DNA of 64,000 nucleotides from an uncultured bacterium (GCA_963777505.1 CAVZQN010000001.1:224001-288000), one strand, 5' to 3'; shown: positions 20,179 through 30,123, numbered from the stretch's first letter. Notes: generated by a model from the sequence alone, not told the origin. Numbers and translations: made by a program.

Positions 20179-21243
20179 ATGAGCATCAGTTTTCGAAAGA
20201 CATTTGTGCTGGCGTTTGCACTTTGGAGCGCAATCAGTTTGATCTTCTTTGCGCAAGCCTATCTTGAATATCGCTCCTACGGAAAGTCACTGCCTATCCT
20301 TCGATCGCTTGGATGGGAAATGCTTGGCTGGTATCTCTGGGGAATTTTAACTCCATTTATCTTTGCTTTCGCAAAACGATTTCCTCCTCAAAAATACGTG
20401 CTTCTTCACCTGGGTGGAGTTCTTATTTTCGCAACGATTCATCTTGCGTTTCATGTCGGTCTATTCCGAATTGCAGAACATATTTTCGCTACTGTTTTAC
20501 CACCTTTGCAGATCCGACCTATCTCAAGATTGGCCTGGCGGATAATGATTTATTCCATAATCCTGTTAACGTGGTATGCGATTGATAGCCAAAAACGGGC
20601 GCGCAGTGAAGAAAAAAGAGTATCTGAACTTTCTGCTGAGTTATCCAGCGCACAACTTCAAACATTAAAAATGCAACTTCATCCGCATTTTTTATTTAAC
20701 ACATTGAACGCAATTTCAGAATTAATGCATCATGATATCCGTGCCGCAGATGAGATGATGGTTCGTCTTGGGGATTTCTTACGTTTAACTCTGGATCCAT
20801 CTATCTCGCAAGAAGTGACGCTTCAGAAAGAACTTGAATTCTTGAAACATTATCTTGAAATTGAGCAAGTTCGATTCAAAGATCGTTTGAAAATTGAAAT
20901 GCGGATTGAACCAGAAACGAGAGAGGCGCGAGTTCCATATCTGCTTCTGCAACCTGTTGTTGAAAATGCGATCAGACACGGCATCTCTGGAAAAGCGGAA
21001 GGTGGAACAATTCAAATTAGCGCCGAAAAGGAAGATCGATCGCTTTTGATTTATGTACAGGATAATGGCACCGGCATTATTGAACCTCAAGCTCCACTGA
21101 AAACAGGTGTTGGGTTAGCGAATACCCGGAGCCGTCTTGAAAAAATGTACGGTGATCGGTTTCAACTTGAACTCTCGAGTTTACCCGGATCCGGTACAAG
21201 TGTTCGTCTAATAATTCCTTTTGTGAAGGATCCTTTGCAATGA
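20179..21243 (+). CDS. LytS/YehU-type sensor histidine kinase
   Basis: TM N-terminus, QLHPHFLFNTLN, LQPVVENAIRHG, DNGTG, GVGL.N. Confidence 0.92.
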   Translation: MSISFRKTFVLAFALWSAISLIFFAQAYLEYRSYGKSLPILRSLGWEMLGWYLWGILTPFIFAFAKRFPPQKYVLLHLGGVLIFATIHLAFHVGLFRIAEHIFATVLPPLQIRPISRLAWRIMIYSIILLTWYAIDSQKRARSEEKRVSELSAELSSAQLQTLKMQLHPHFLFNTLNAISELMHHDIRAADEMMVRLGDFLRLTLDPSISQEVTLQKELEFLKHYLEIEQVRFKDRLKIEMRIEPETREARVPYLLLQPVVENAIRHGISGKAEGGTIQISAEKEDRSLLIYVQDNGTGIIEPQAPLKTGVGLANTRSRLEKMYGDRFQLELSSLPGSGTSVRLIIPFVKDPLQ

Positions 21244-22001
21244 AATCTTTGAGCGTTTTAGTGATTGATGATGAGCCACTCGCTCGCACACGCATGAAGC
21301 GGATGCTTCAGAATATTGGAGATATTGAAATTGCTGGTGAATGTACAAATGGCCGTCAAGCAGTTGAACAAATCCCGAAAATCAAACCCGATGTACTTTT
21401 GTTAGATGTACAAATGCCTGAAATGAATGGCTTTCAGGTATTGGAATCACTCGGGAAAAATATACCTTATGTAATTTTTGTCACTGCTTACGATCAATAT
21501 GCCATTCAAGCATTCGAAGTTTATGCACTGGATTATCTTTTGAAGCCTTTTAATGAAAACAGACTGGAACGTGCTCTGATACGCGCACGCAAACAAGTAG
21601 CTCTGGAAAATCAAACTGGCTTCTCAGATCAACTGACTGCATTGGTAAAAGAGTTGAAAGGAGAACCACACCTTGACAGACTTGTCATAAAAGATGAGCG
21701 CAAAATCTGGTTCGTTCCTATTGATTCGATTGATTGGATCGAAGCAGATGGCAAATATGTTCTGGTTCATGCAGGCAAAGAAGCTCATCTCCTGCGTGAG
21801 AGTTTAACTGCGCTGGAAACAAAATTGAACCCAAAAAAATTCACACGAATTCATCGTTCGAGTATTGTAAACATCGAACGCATCAAGGAAATGCAGCCCT
21901 GGTTTCATGGTGATTATCGAATTGTCCTGGACAATGGAAAAGAATTAATCCTTAGCCGCACTTACCGCAAAAAATTCCAGGAATTAATCGGGGATGGGTG
22001 A
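21240..22001 (+). CDS. LytTR family response regulator
   Basis: DDEPLAR, LDVQMP, FVTAYD, DYLLKP, FTRIHRSSIVN. Confidence 0.93.
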   Translation: MKSLSVLVIDDEPLARTRMKRMLQNIGDIEIAGECTNGRQAVEQIPKIKPDVLLLDVQMPEMNGFQVLESLGKNIPYVIFVTAYDQYAIQAFEVYALDYLLKPFNENRLERALIRARKQVALENQTGFSDQLTALVKELKGEPHLDRLVIKDERKIWFVPIDSIDWIEADGKYVLVHAGKEAHLLRESLTALETKLNPKKFTRIHRSSIVNIERIKEMQPWFHGDYRIVLDNGKELILSRTYRKKFQELIGDG

Positions 22002-22006
22002 GCTCA

Positions 22007-22146
22007 ACCGCAGAGACGCCAAGGCGCCAAGAAATTTAACCACGGATGACACAGATGAACACGGATAGCTGCTGCTTTCTCAAAGCTCTTATCCGTGTTC
22101 ATCCGTGTGTATCTGTGGTTAAAACAAACTTTGTGTCTTTGCGGTT
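22007..22146. repeat. 9-nt-periodic nested inverted-repeat element, copy 1
   Basis: aaccgcagagacgccaaggcgccaag; aaccacggatgacacagatgaacacggat / atccgtgttcatccgtgtgtatctgtggtt; ctttgtgtctttgcggtt. Confidence 0.65.
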
Positions 22147-23168
22147 CAAAGAGGACTGTAAGCCATTCCGTCTGGCTCTTTACCCGCTTTCAATTTTCCG
22201 GAAATCTTCCCTGTCTCCAGATCAAGGACCGTAATAAGGTCAGCATTGGCGTGTGCGATATATGCGCGTTTTCCATCTGGATGAATCAAAATGCCGACAG
22301 GAACTGAACTATTCCCGAATTGTCCACCAAATAATCTTCCGGTTGTATCAGAAGCTTCAACAGGAATCTGAATCTTCTGCAGTTCTTTTTTCTCTGCAGC
22401 ATCAAACACTGTTATATCGCCAGATTTTGCATTGGTAACATAGACACGTTTGCCATCCGGTGTCGATTTCGCACGGATCGGAAAAGATTTCGAATCCAAA
22501 GTTTTTACAACTTCCAATGAATTGGCGTCGACAACACTCACAGTATCAGACTCCCTATTTGTAACCCAAATCCAGGATCCATCCGGCGTAATGTCTATTC
22601 CTTCAGCTCCCTTTCCAGTTTCAATCGTCTTAACGACTTCACCTTTCGTCAAATCAATCACTGAAATCGTACCTGATCCGATACTTGCGACATAAGCTCG
22701 CGTCGCATCAGGGGATAAGCGCACCATATGAGAAACGTCTTGCCCGGTAATGATTTTCTTTTCTACTGTTCCCGTTTCAACATTGACTAACAACAATGCT
22801 TTGTTTTCTTCAGCAGTCACAGCGACACGTTTGCCATCTGGCATCCATTGAATTCCGTGCGGCCGTTTGTATTCGCCTAGATCCAAAGTCTTGATTGCTG
22901 AGCGTGAGCTGAGATCAATGACAGTCAGCGAATTGCCAGGAGCTTCAGCAGTACCATAATTTGTAGCCACGGCCAGCTTGCCGTCTTTGCTGACTGCTGC
23001 TTCATGGGGACCATTCCCGGTTTTAACTGTTGCGACTATAGCGCCAGACTTCAAATCAATGAGTGAAGCAGTCGCTTCAGCCTTATTTAACACAACCAGA
23101 GTTTCAGAAAAGCTCAGCGAGCTGAACCCCAAAAATACGAATAAGAAGAACAATGATTTTTTTCTCAT
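22146..23168 (-). CDS. Secreted YVTN/YncE family beta-propeller protein
   Basis: Signal peptide; repeated (S/T)PDG..(A/V)YV.N and I.TG..P units. Confidence 0.85.
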   Translation of the reverse strand: MRKKSLFFLFVFLGFSSLSFSETLVVLNKAEATASLIDLKSGAIVATVKTGNGPHEAAVSKDGKLAVATNYGTAEAPGNSLTVIDLSSRSAIKTLDLGEYKRPHGIQWMPDGKRVAVTAEENKALLLVNVETGTVEKKIITGQDVSHMVRLSPDATRAYVASIGSGTISVIDLTKGEVVKTIETGKGAEGIDITPDGSWIWVTNRESDTVSVVDANSLEVVKTLDSKSFPIRAKSTPDGKRVYVTNAKSGDITVFDAAEKKELQKIQIPVEASDTTGRLFGGQFGNSSVPVGILIHPDGKRAYIAHANADLITVLDLETGKISGKLKAGKEPDGMAYSPL

Positions 23169-23196
23169 AATTTCCTCGTTCAAAGATTATAAACTG

Positions 23197-23328
23197 AACC
23201 GCCAAGACGCCAAGAAATTGAACACGGATTTAACCACGGATTACACAGATGAACACAGAAGGCCGCCGGCAGCAAGCTCCTGCTTTCTTAAAATTCTTAG
23301 TTAAAACCAATCTTGGCGACTTGGCTGT
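23197..23328. repeat. 9-nt-periodic repeat element, copy 2
   Basis: aaccgccaagacgccaagaaatt..aaccacggattacacagatgaacac..ctgctttctt..cttggcgacttggctgtt. Confidence 0.65.
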
Positions 23329-23371
23329 TGAGCTGCTTGCAACGTGTGAAGATTGCGTATACTTTGGACAT

Positions 23372-23833
23372 ATGCACGAAAAAGAAATTGATAAAAAAGC
23401 CGTTGTTAACATATTGAACCGCATTCTGGAAACAGAACTTGCGGGTGTTGTTCGTTATACCCATTACTCGTTAATGGTTTATGGTTACACTCGGATTCCA
23501 ATTGTTTCATGGTTGCGTGAGCAAGCAACAACTTCAATTGCACATGCTCAACAGGCCGGTGAACTCATCACGGCGCTTGGCGAACATCCATCACTCGGAA
23601 TGGGACCTCTGTTGGAAACACACAATCATGACATTGGTGCCATCTTGAAAGAATCGTTGGAATTTGAGCAGGATGGGCTGGCTCTTTACAGGCAATTGTT
23701 AGATCTTGTGCGCGACAGATCCATCACTCTTGAGGAGTACGCCCGGAAGTTAATTGCAGAAGAGCAGCTTCATGTCACTGAAGTAGACAAAATGCTGCGA
23801 AAACCTGGCGACGTTGCCTCAGTAACTTCTTAA
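23372..23833 (+). CDS. Bacterioferritin / ferritin-like di-iron protein
   Basis: LNRILETELAGVVRYTHYS, HA..AGE.I, EEQLH; start trimmed to ATG 23372 because the upstream extension is repeat-derived. Confidence 0.82.
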   Translation: MHEKEIDKKAVVNILNRILETELAGVVRYTHYSLMVYGYTRIPIVSWLREQATTSIAHAQQAGELITALGEHPSLGMGPLLETHNHDIGAILKESLEFEQDGLALYRQLLDLVRDRSITLEEYARKLIAEEQLHVTEVDKMLRKPGDVASVTS

Positions 23834-23863
23834 TTAATAGGGCGACCACAAGGGTCGCCCCTA

Positions 23864-24778
23864 CTAATCAACAATTTTGTGTTTGAATTTAAATTGCGGA
23901 CCATGCCCTTCTTCAATTTTATAATTTGAAGGCACCTGAAATAATGAAGCTTCGGGTTCCCCACGCTTAATATTTGTTAAGCGATAGATCGTTTCGCCAA
24001 AACGTGGATCTATGTGCCGTGTCATAACATAGAGTTTCAATTCTTCTGAGTACCATTTCTCAGTAATCGTTTCTATCGGACGTTCATTTCCAATCTCGCC
24101 TGCCGCAATTGTTCCAACTGTGCGAGATCCCTCAACCTCTACTCCTTCCATTGTCTGCTTTCCCAAAGATTCTTTTCGCTCATTTTCAGGCTTCATTCGC
24201 ATGCGCATCCTGTGACGAATCGCAGGTCCATGTCCAGGAGCCACAGATGCTTCATGATCACCTTCTTCAGAGGCACCTTTTTCTTTCCACCGAAATTCTC
24301 CTTTTTCAGAGAGCTTTATTTTTCTCGCAATTTGATTTTGAGTCTCCAACACATAATGAAATCCAGCAACAGGATCTTTAATAAAGATATGACGCTCAGG
24401 TGTCTCGGCAGAAACCCAGTTTCCGATCACACCAAATTCTTGTTCGCGCCGGATTCTGCCAGCGGAATCTCTAAATACCTGCGAATTATTTTTGTGAACG
24501 ATTCGATTTCCATCACTCAATGTTTGAATTCGTTCCGTTACTGCTTCAGCGGAGTAAGGAGCGCCTTTAACAACCTTGTCTCCCATTTCAAACAAAGATG
24601 AAATGAAGACAAAAGATCCGGGTGCAGGTACAGCCTCTTCAAAGGGCATCATCGCTACACCCTCTGGCGCAGTCGCAATTACCTCGCGTTCGATAATCAC
24701 ATCTTCTTCTGCTGCGATAGCAAAACTTGAAAACGTTAGAGACACTGCAAACAAAATCAATAATCTGATTGCTCTCAT
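23864..24778 (-). CDS. Exported hypothetical protein of the ECF cassette
   Basis: Signal peptide; KGAPYSAE..QTL.DGNRI, RDSAGR.RRE, WYS.EL, DPRFG, LFQVP..Y; cotranscribed with sigma and anti-sigma. Confidence 0.7.
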   Translation of the reverse strand: MRAIRLLILFAVSLTFSSFAIAAEEDVIIEREVIATAPEGVAMMPFEEAVPAPGSFVFISSLFEMGDKVVKGAPYSAEAVTERIQTLSDGNRIVHKNNSQVFRDSAGRIRREQEFGVIGNWVSAETPERHIFIKDPVAGFHYVLETQNQIARKIKLSEKGEFRWKEKGASEEGDHEASVAPGHGPAIRHRMRMRMKPENERKESLGKQTMEGVEVEGSRTVGTIAAGEIGNERPIETITEKWYSEELKLYVMTRHIDPRFGETIYRLTNIKRGEPEASLFQVPSNYKIEEGHGPQFKFKHKIVD

Positions 24779-24795
24779 TAAAACCTCCTAATATT

Positions 24796-25371
24796 TCATT
24801 GATCTAAACTTACAAATCGAATCGCTTGAGGAAGGCCGTCATCACCTACTACGATGTCAGCCTGGATCGGCCGATCTTCCCATTCCGGCACTCGCGGGAA
24901 TCCCAACTCTTGAAGAGCCGATGATTCCAGTTCAATCCGTACAACCTGCCAGCTATTTACAGGATGATTATCATACTGAAGCTGAATGAATTCGCCGTCA
25001 TACTCAACGCTTTGAACATCTTTAGTTGCTACCTGACTACGAGAGTCAATCGATCGGTACCACATCCATCCACCCAAAACTGCAAGAATCAGTACTGCAG
25101 CACGTGCCCACAAAAGGAAATTGAGATTCCGTTTGTTAGAACTTTGCGAATTACGAAAAGCATTTAGAAGAACTGCTGGAATATTTTCTGCATGCTGCGG
25201 ATTCGGAACGCGATTCAACATTTTTAGTTTTTCGCTTAGCTCTCGCTGTTCCTCTAGCTCGGCGGAGCATTGACTGCATTCTTTCGCATGCATAAGCGCA
25301 TCATGCGATTGATCGCTTTGTAGACCGCGCGCAAGATCAAAAAGAATTGGTTTCCAATGTTGGCAGTTCAT
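24796..25371 (-). CDS. Putative zinc-binding (ZAS-type) anti-sigma factor
   Basis: MNC...H..EC..C motif, single TM, overlaps the sigma gene. Confidence 0.75.
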   Translation of the reverse strand: MNCQHWKPILFDLARGLQSDQSHDALMHAKECSQCSAELEEQRELSEKLKMLNRVPNPQHAENIPAVLLNAFRNSQSSNKRNLNFLLWARAAVLILAVLGGWMWYRSIDSRSQVATKDVQSVEYDGEFIQLQYDNHPVNSWQVVRIELESSALQELGFPRVPEWEDRPIQADIVVGDDGLPQAIRFVSLDQ

Positions 25372-25933
25372 ATTTGCTTACTCCATTGCCTTTTCCGAGA
25401 CCTTCCCGCAGGTTCTTTGCAAGAATGGATCGCCCTCGATGCAAGCGCGATCGCACAGTTCCAACAGCGCAATCAAGAATTTGCGCAGCCTGTTCATAAC
25501 TGAATTCATGAATTTCACAAAGAATAATGACTTCCCGATAGTGTTCAGGTAACAATTGAATCGCACTACGCAATTTCGAGATTTCTTCTGCTTTTGAATA
25601 CTGCATAAGAGGATTAACATCACTTCCCGCAAACTCCGTTTCCAAAGAAGCGACGTCTTCTCTCTTGTTTTCCCGTAACCATCGGAGAATGTGATTGCGT
25701 GCGATTCCGTAAATAAACGACAAAGCAGCACCCCGTTGAACATCAAATGCTGCAGCGTTTTTGATGAGTGTCATAAATACGTTTTGCGCCACGTCCTCAG
25801 TACTGTTTGAGGGGATCCCCATGTGTCTGACAAAGCCTCTCACTCCTGAGACATAGCGCGTGTAAATCAATGTAAATGCGTCCTCATCGCCATCTTTAAC
25901 TCTCGATAACAGATCTTCAGGCGTATCCGTCAA
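25337..25933 (-). CDS. ECF RNA polymerase sigma factor
   Basis: GDEDAF, EDVAQNVF, IARN, LPEHYRE, SYEQAA.IL...VGTVRSRLHRGR; probable TTG start after AAGGA. Confidence 0.9.
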   Translation of the reverse strand: MTDTPEDLLSRVKDGDEDAFTLIYTRYVSGVRGFVRHMGIPSNSTEDVAQNVFMTLIKNAAAFDVQRGAALSFIYGIARNHILRWLRENKREDVASLETEFAGSDVNPLMQYSKAEEISKLRSAIQLLPEHYREVIILCEIHEFSYEQAAQILDCAVGTVRSRLHRGRSILAKNLREGLGKGNGVSKYELPTLETNSF

Positions 25934-25953
25934 TGTTGATCCTTCATCTGTAT

Positions 25954-25981
25954 ATTGCCACTTAGGGAGCAAAAAGTTCCC
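25954..25981 (-). promoter_or_regulatory. Possible ECF-type autoregulatory promoter
   Basis: Minus strand GGAACTT-N15-GCAATA just upstream of the sigma gene; the -35 matches the ECF AAC motif, the -10 is uncertain. Confidence 0.35.
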
Positions 25982-26037
25982 ATTGGTAAGACTAATTTTT
26001 TAACCACAAAGTAACACGTGGCCGCGCAGCGGCCGAA

Positions 26038-26210
26038 CAGAAATGAATGAAATAGCCCCCAGCGTAAGCTGGGGGTCAATTGGGATGTAATGATTTAGCC
26101 CGCCGGAAGGCGGGCGTAAGAGCCTTCATAGTAAATGGTCTTTCGCCCGCTTGAAGCGGGCTGGTTCTTTTCTAATCCTTTTTACCCCCGGCTTACGCCG
26201 GGGGCTAGCG
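26038..26210. repeat. Composite palindromic element (REPIN/MITE-like)
   Basis: tagcccccagcgtaagctggggg ... agcccgccggaaggcgggcg / cgcccgcttgaagcgggct ... ccccggcttacgccgggggcta: two nested inverted pairs. Confidence 0.65.
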
Positions 26211-26245
26211 ATTTTCAAAGCAGACACAGAGTACAATGGTTATAT

Positions 26246-26617
26246 ATGGATATAGAGAAGATTCCGATTGCGTGCGATATGCATGCGTTTGATGATCTAC
26301 AACGCGAGCGATACCAGAATTTGCGCAAAATACTTCTGGCAACCGTGTGTGAAATTCGAGAAGAGCCTGATGGCTACTCATTTTGTTGGAATCATGAAGC
26401 TTCCACGCTTGTTCAGATTTCAGAATGGATTTCATTAGAAAGATTGTGTTGTCCATTTCTTCAATTCACGATTGAAGTTTTGCCAGCCGGTGGGCCTATC
26501 TGGCTGAAGCTTGGAAAAGGACCTGAAATCAAAAACTTTTTGAAGTATGAGTTCGGACGTGCTGCTCAACCTGATGTTATAACTATCTCTCGGCCTGTCA
26601 CTGAAAATTCTCGATGA
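26246..26617 (+). CDS. Small Cys-containing, probably metal-binding protein (IAC...ERLCCPF)
   Basis: PIACD and LERLCCPFL motifs; start trimmed to ATG 26246. Confidence 0.6.
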   Translation: MDIEKIPIACDMHAFDDLQRERYQNLRKILLATVCEIREEPDGYSFCWNHEASTLVQISEWISLERLCCPFLQFTIEVLPAGGPIWLKLGKGPEIKNFLKYEFGRAAQPDVITISRPVTENSR

Positions 26618-26709
26618 TTTCACTGCTGATCTTAATTGCATTAGTTGTGCTTATTGCTGTGATCGCTGCATTTCTGTTCACATCCAACAAAAAACATCCG
26701 CCGGAATAA
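26614..26709 (+). CDS. 31-aa single-pass membrane microprotein MISLLILIALVVLIAVIAAFLFTSNKKHPPE
   Basis: ATGA overlap with the upstream stop, ends 5 nt before the next ATG, hydrophobic helix plus basic tail; below the ORF-track cutoff. Confidence 0.5.
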   Translation: MISLLILIALVVLIAVIAAFLFTSNKKHPPE

Positions 26710-26714
26710 TAAAC

Positions 26715-27842
26715 ATGATTAAAGCCGTAGTTTTAGGCGCGGCCGGCGCGATGGCTGCAGTCGCTATCAAGGATTTACTGGAACTTGGAGGCGATGTGTC
26801 GATCACTGCGGCCGATTTACGCCTGCCTTCTTTCAACGACAAGCGGATTCGTTCAGTCACTGTCGATGTTAAGGACGTTCAAAACACCGGAAGAATGTTG
26901 GAAGGACATGATGTAGTGTTAAATTGCGTCAACTATTACTTCAATGTTCCGGTGATGAAGGCAGCACTGATGGCGCGTGTGCCATACATTGATCTAGGCG
27001 GACTGTATCACGGCACTCTCAAACAATATGAACTTAATAATGAATTTAAAAACGCCGGAATTCCTGCGTTGCTTGGAATGGGGTCAACTCCTGGCATCAC
27101 AAATGTAATGGCCGGTGAACTTGCAGAAAAATTGGATGCTGTTGAAGAGCTTCATGTTCGGGTCGCCTGTTACGATGAAACCGCATCCGGTCCGCTGCCG
27201 GTTCCCTATGCACTTGATACAGTTCTGGATGAATTTGCAATGGAGCCAATGGTTTTTCGTAATGGCAAACCAGAAGCAGTTCGTCCGATGAGTGGAGCAG
27301 AAACACTCAGCTTTCCCCCGCCTGTTGGTGAAATGGAAGCGTTATATACGCTGCATTCGGAAGTTGCGATGTTTCCACGATCCTATCCTTCGTTGAAGGA
27401 GGCAAGCTTTAAGGTTGCTTTTCCAGCCAGCTTTACTGAAAAGATGCGGTTTTTGGTTGAACTTGGAATGGCTTCGCGTGAAAAAATTATAAACGGAGTT
27501 TCGCCGCGTGAAATGCTTCTTGCGCTTGCAGGAAATCAAAATGTCCCGCCTGATGCAATTCCTCGCGATTGTGATGCGCTTCAAGTCATTGCAAAAGGAA
27601 CTAAAAACGGCAAGATTGTAACCTCCATGGCGCAATCGATCATTTTTCCTCATCCGGAATGGAAAATCGCCGCAGGATCTCTGGATACTGGTGTGCCGTT
27701 ATCTATCGGTGCAATGATGTTGGCACGCAATGAAATTTCAGAAGCAGGAGTATTGTGTCCTGAAACTTCTGTTCCCAGACAGCGTTTCTTTGAGGAATTA
27801 AAGCGCCGGGGAATCATTGTCACTTTTTCAGAATCGATCTAA
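26715..27842 (+). CDS. Saccharopine dehydrogenase family oxidoreductase
   Basis: Rossmann VLGAAG, NCV.Y.FN..VM.A, YIDLGG, GMGSTPGITN, HSEV, GVLCPE. Confidence 0.82.
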   Translation: MIKAVVLGAAGAMAAVAIKDLLELGGDVSITAADLRLPSFNDKRIRSVTVDVKDVQNTGRMLEGHDVVLNCVNYYFNVPVMKAALMARVPYIDLGGLYHGTLKQYELNNEFKNAGIPALLGMGSTPGITNVMAGELAEKLDAVEELHVRVACYDETASGPLPVPYALDTVLDEFAMEPMVFRNGKPEAVRPMSGAETLSFPPPVGEMEALYTLHSEVAMFPRSYPSLKEASFKVAFPASFTEKMRFLVELGMASREKIINGVSPREMLLALAGNQNVPPDAIPRDCDALQVIAKGTKNGKIVTSMAQSIIFPHPEWKIAAGSLDTGVPLSIGAMMLARNEISEAGVLCPETSVPRQRFFEELKRRGIIVTFSESI

Positions 27843-27851
27843 CTTCCTGAG

Positions 27852-30110
27852 ATGAAGAATCGTATTGCCCTGTTGCTGATTTTTCTGGCACTCGCCGTTC
27901 TCGCACAAACACCTGCAACGAAACCTAATGTTGTCTTAATTACGATTGACACATTACGCGCTGACAGACTTGGATGTTACGGATACTCAAAAGCTCAAAC
28001 TCCAAATCTGGACCGGCTCGCATCTGAAGGCGTTTTATTCACAAATGCTGTTTCGCATGTTCCATTGACGCGTCCTTCTCACGCAAGCATTTTTACCGGG
28101 TTGTATCCTTTTGAGCATGGAATCCATGACAATATTGCTTCGCCACTGAATTCAAAATTTCCGGTTCTTGCTGAAACCTTAAAAAACAACGGATATCGCA
28201 CAGCAGCATTTGTCGCTTCATTCGTGATCAACTCGCAGTCCGGCCTGCAGCGCGGCTTTGATACATATGAAGATCGGTTTGATCCCAAAAAACAACCAAC
28301 GGATTTTGCGTTGACTCTTGAAAAACGTGGTGACGAAATCCTGGAAGAATTCAAGAATTGGAAATCGACAACTACGCGTGCGCCTTATTTTGCATGGCTG
28401 CATTTTTATGATCCTCATTTTCCATACTCGCCTCCCTCTCCCTATTCGAAGCCTTTTGCGGAACGTCCATATGATGGTGAAGTCGCGTATACGGATGAGT
28501 TGATTGGAAAAACATTGAAGCTTTTCGATAAAAACACTTTGCTGATCGTAACTTCGGATCACGGAGAAAGCCTGGGCGATCATGGAGAAAACGCACATTC
28601 ATACTACATATACGATGCCACTCTTCATGTTCCATTGATTTTTCATTGGCCGAATCGTGTTGCTTCAAAGCAAAAGGTGACAATTCAAGCGCGCTCGGTC
28701 GATTTGTTTCCGACAATTCTGGATCTGCTTTCAATTCAACAACCTTCCAAATTTTCTGGCGTTTCATTAAAACCGTGGCTCAACGCGCAACAACCTTCAG
28801 ACCCATCACATCCTTCGTACAGCGAAGCTTTTACTCCGTGGCTTCATTTCGGATGGAGCCGTCTGATCGGGGTACGTCAGAATGGTTGGAAATACATCGA
28901 AGCGCCGCGGGCGGAACTCTACGATTTATCGGCTGATCCCGGCGAATTGAAAAATTTGTATTCTCAGCAAAAAAACCGGGCCGGTCAAATGAAGCAATGG
29001 CTCTCAAAAGCTGGAGCGCTTGACGTTAAGCCGATACCTGCAACTTCTCCGGAAATGGATCCTGAAATGATAGAGAAACTCGCGAGCCTTGGTTACGCAG
29101 GCGGAGGCGCAACTCCAACTGCAACAGGAAACTTAGCGGATCCAAAAGATAAAATTGATGACTTTAAGCTCTTTAACCGACTGGTTCGTGAAGGAGTTGA
29201 AGATTTCCAGAATAAACGCTACACGCAGGCTGCATCGAAATTTCAAACACTGCGAGACAAACAGGTTCCCAGTTTTGAAGTGCATTACTATCTGGGCCGG
29301 TCCTTGCTGCTATTAAAATCATATGACAAAAGTAGTACGGAGCTGGCGCTTGCCATCCAGAAACTTCCTCACTTTCTGCCGGCATATCGCGATCTGGCAG
29401 ATGCCGAAGAAGGTCGTAAACGCCCGGCCCAAGCCGAGAAAGTCCTATTGGAAGGATTAAAGATGGCGCCCGGAAATCCAACCCTGACGCAGCCTCTGGC
29501 ATGGCTCTATCAGCGGCAAAAGCGATACAAAGATGCAGAGCGTGTGCTGATTGAACAACTCAAGAAATTTCCAGATGACCGCGAAGGAATGTATCGTCTG
29601 GCTGCAGTTTATCGAGACACTCAAAGAGAAGATCAGGCATTAGTGCAGCTACAACAAATCGTAAAAAAATATCCGCAAGAAGCCGAAGCTCACAATCAAA
29701 TTGGAATGATCTATGGTGCACAAAACAAATATGATCAGGCACTTCGTGCGTTTACCACAGCGGCAAAGATCGCGCCTAACGATGAACATATTCGAAAAAA
29801 TCTGGAACTACTGAAGAAACAGATGCCCGCTCCGGCCGCAACTACAATCCGTTTTCGAATCATTCAGACTCGTACGCGAACTGCTGCCGAAACGATCCTT
29901 CGCAAACTGCAACAAGGTGCGGCATGGGAAGAAGTCGCACGTGATTATTCGATTCATCCATCCGCACGAAGTAATATCGCCGTGCTTGAAACATCGACAG
30001 CAGAGCTTGATCCTGCGCTTCAACAACCGCTAGATGCACTGAAACCAGGCCAGGTCAGTCCTGTGATTGAAATTAAATCCGGCTTTTTCCTGCTACGAAA
30101 AGAAGAATAA
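27852..30110 (+). CDS. Exported sulfatase-like hydrolase with TPR repeats and a C-terminal parvulin-like domain
   Basis: NVVLITIDTLRAD, T.PSH.SIFTG, HFYDPH.PY, TSDHGE; TPR helices; WEEVARDYS..LKPGQVSPVI...GFFLL. Confidence 0.8.
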   Translation: MKNRIALLLIFLALAVLAQTPATKPNVVLITIDTLRADRLGCYGYSKAQTPNLDRLASEGVLFTNAVSHVPLTRPSHASIFTGLYPFEHGIHDNIASPLNSKFPVLAETLKNNGYRTAAFVASFVINSQSGLQRGFDTYEDRFDPKKQPTDFALTLEKRGDEILEEFKNWKSTTTRAPYFAWLHFYDPHFPYSPPSPYSKPFAERPYDGEVAYTDELIGKTLKLFDKNTLLIVTSDHGESLGDHGENAHSYYIYDATLHVPLIFHWPNRVASKQKVTIQARSVDLFPTILDLLSIQQPSKFSGVSLKPWLNAQQPSDPSHPSYSEAFTPWLHFGWSRLIGVRQNGWKYIEAPRAELYDLSADPGELKNLYSQQKNRAGQMKQWLSKAGALDVKPIPATSPEMDPEMIEKLASLGYAGGGATPTATGNLADPKDKIDDFKLFNRLVREGVEDFQNKRYTQAASKFQTLRDKQVPSFEVHYYLGRSLLLLKSYDKSSTELALAIQKLPHFLPAYRDLADAEEGRKRPAQAEKVLLEGLKMAPGNPTLTQPLAWLYQRQKRYKDAERVLIEQLKKFPDDREGMYRLAAVYRDTQREDQALVQLQQIVKKYPQEAEAHNQIGMIYGAQNKYDQALRAFTTAAKIAPNDEHIRKNLELLKKQMPAPAATTIRFRIIQTRTRTAAETILRKLQQGAAWEEVARDYSIHPSARSNIAVLETSTAELDPALQQPLDALKPGQVSPVIEIKSGFFLLRKEE

Positions 30111-30123
30111 TTTTTTATTAGCT

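Noticed and set aside
22007-23328. CRISPR array
   Set aside because: Repeats are degenerate, nested and inverted, with no constant-length spacers and no cas genes
26135-26245. N-terminal extensions of ORFs 26135, 23249 and 20059
   Set aside because: They translate REP/repeat DNA; downstream ATGs give sensible proteins
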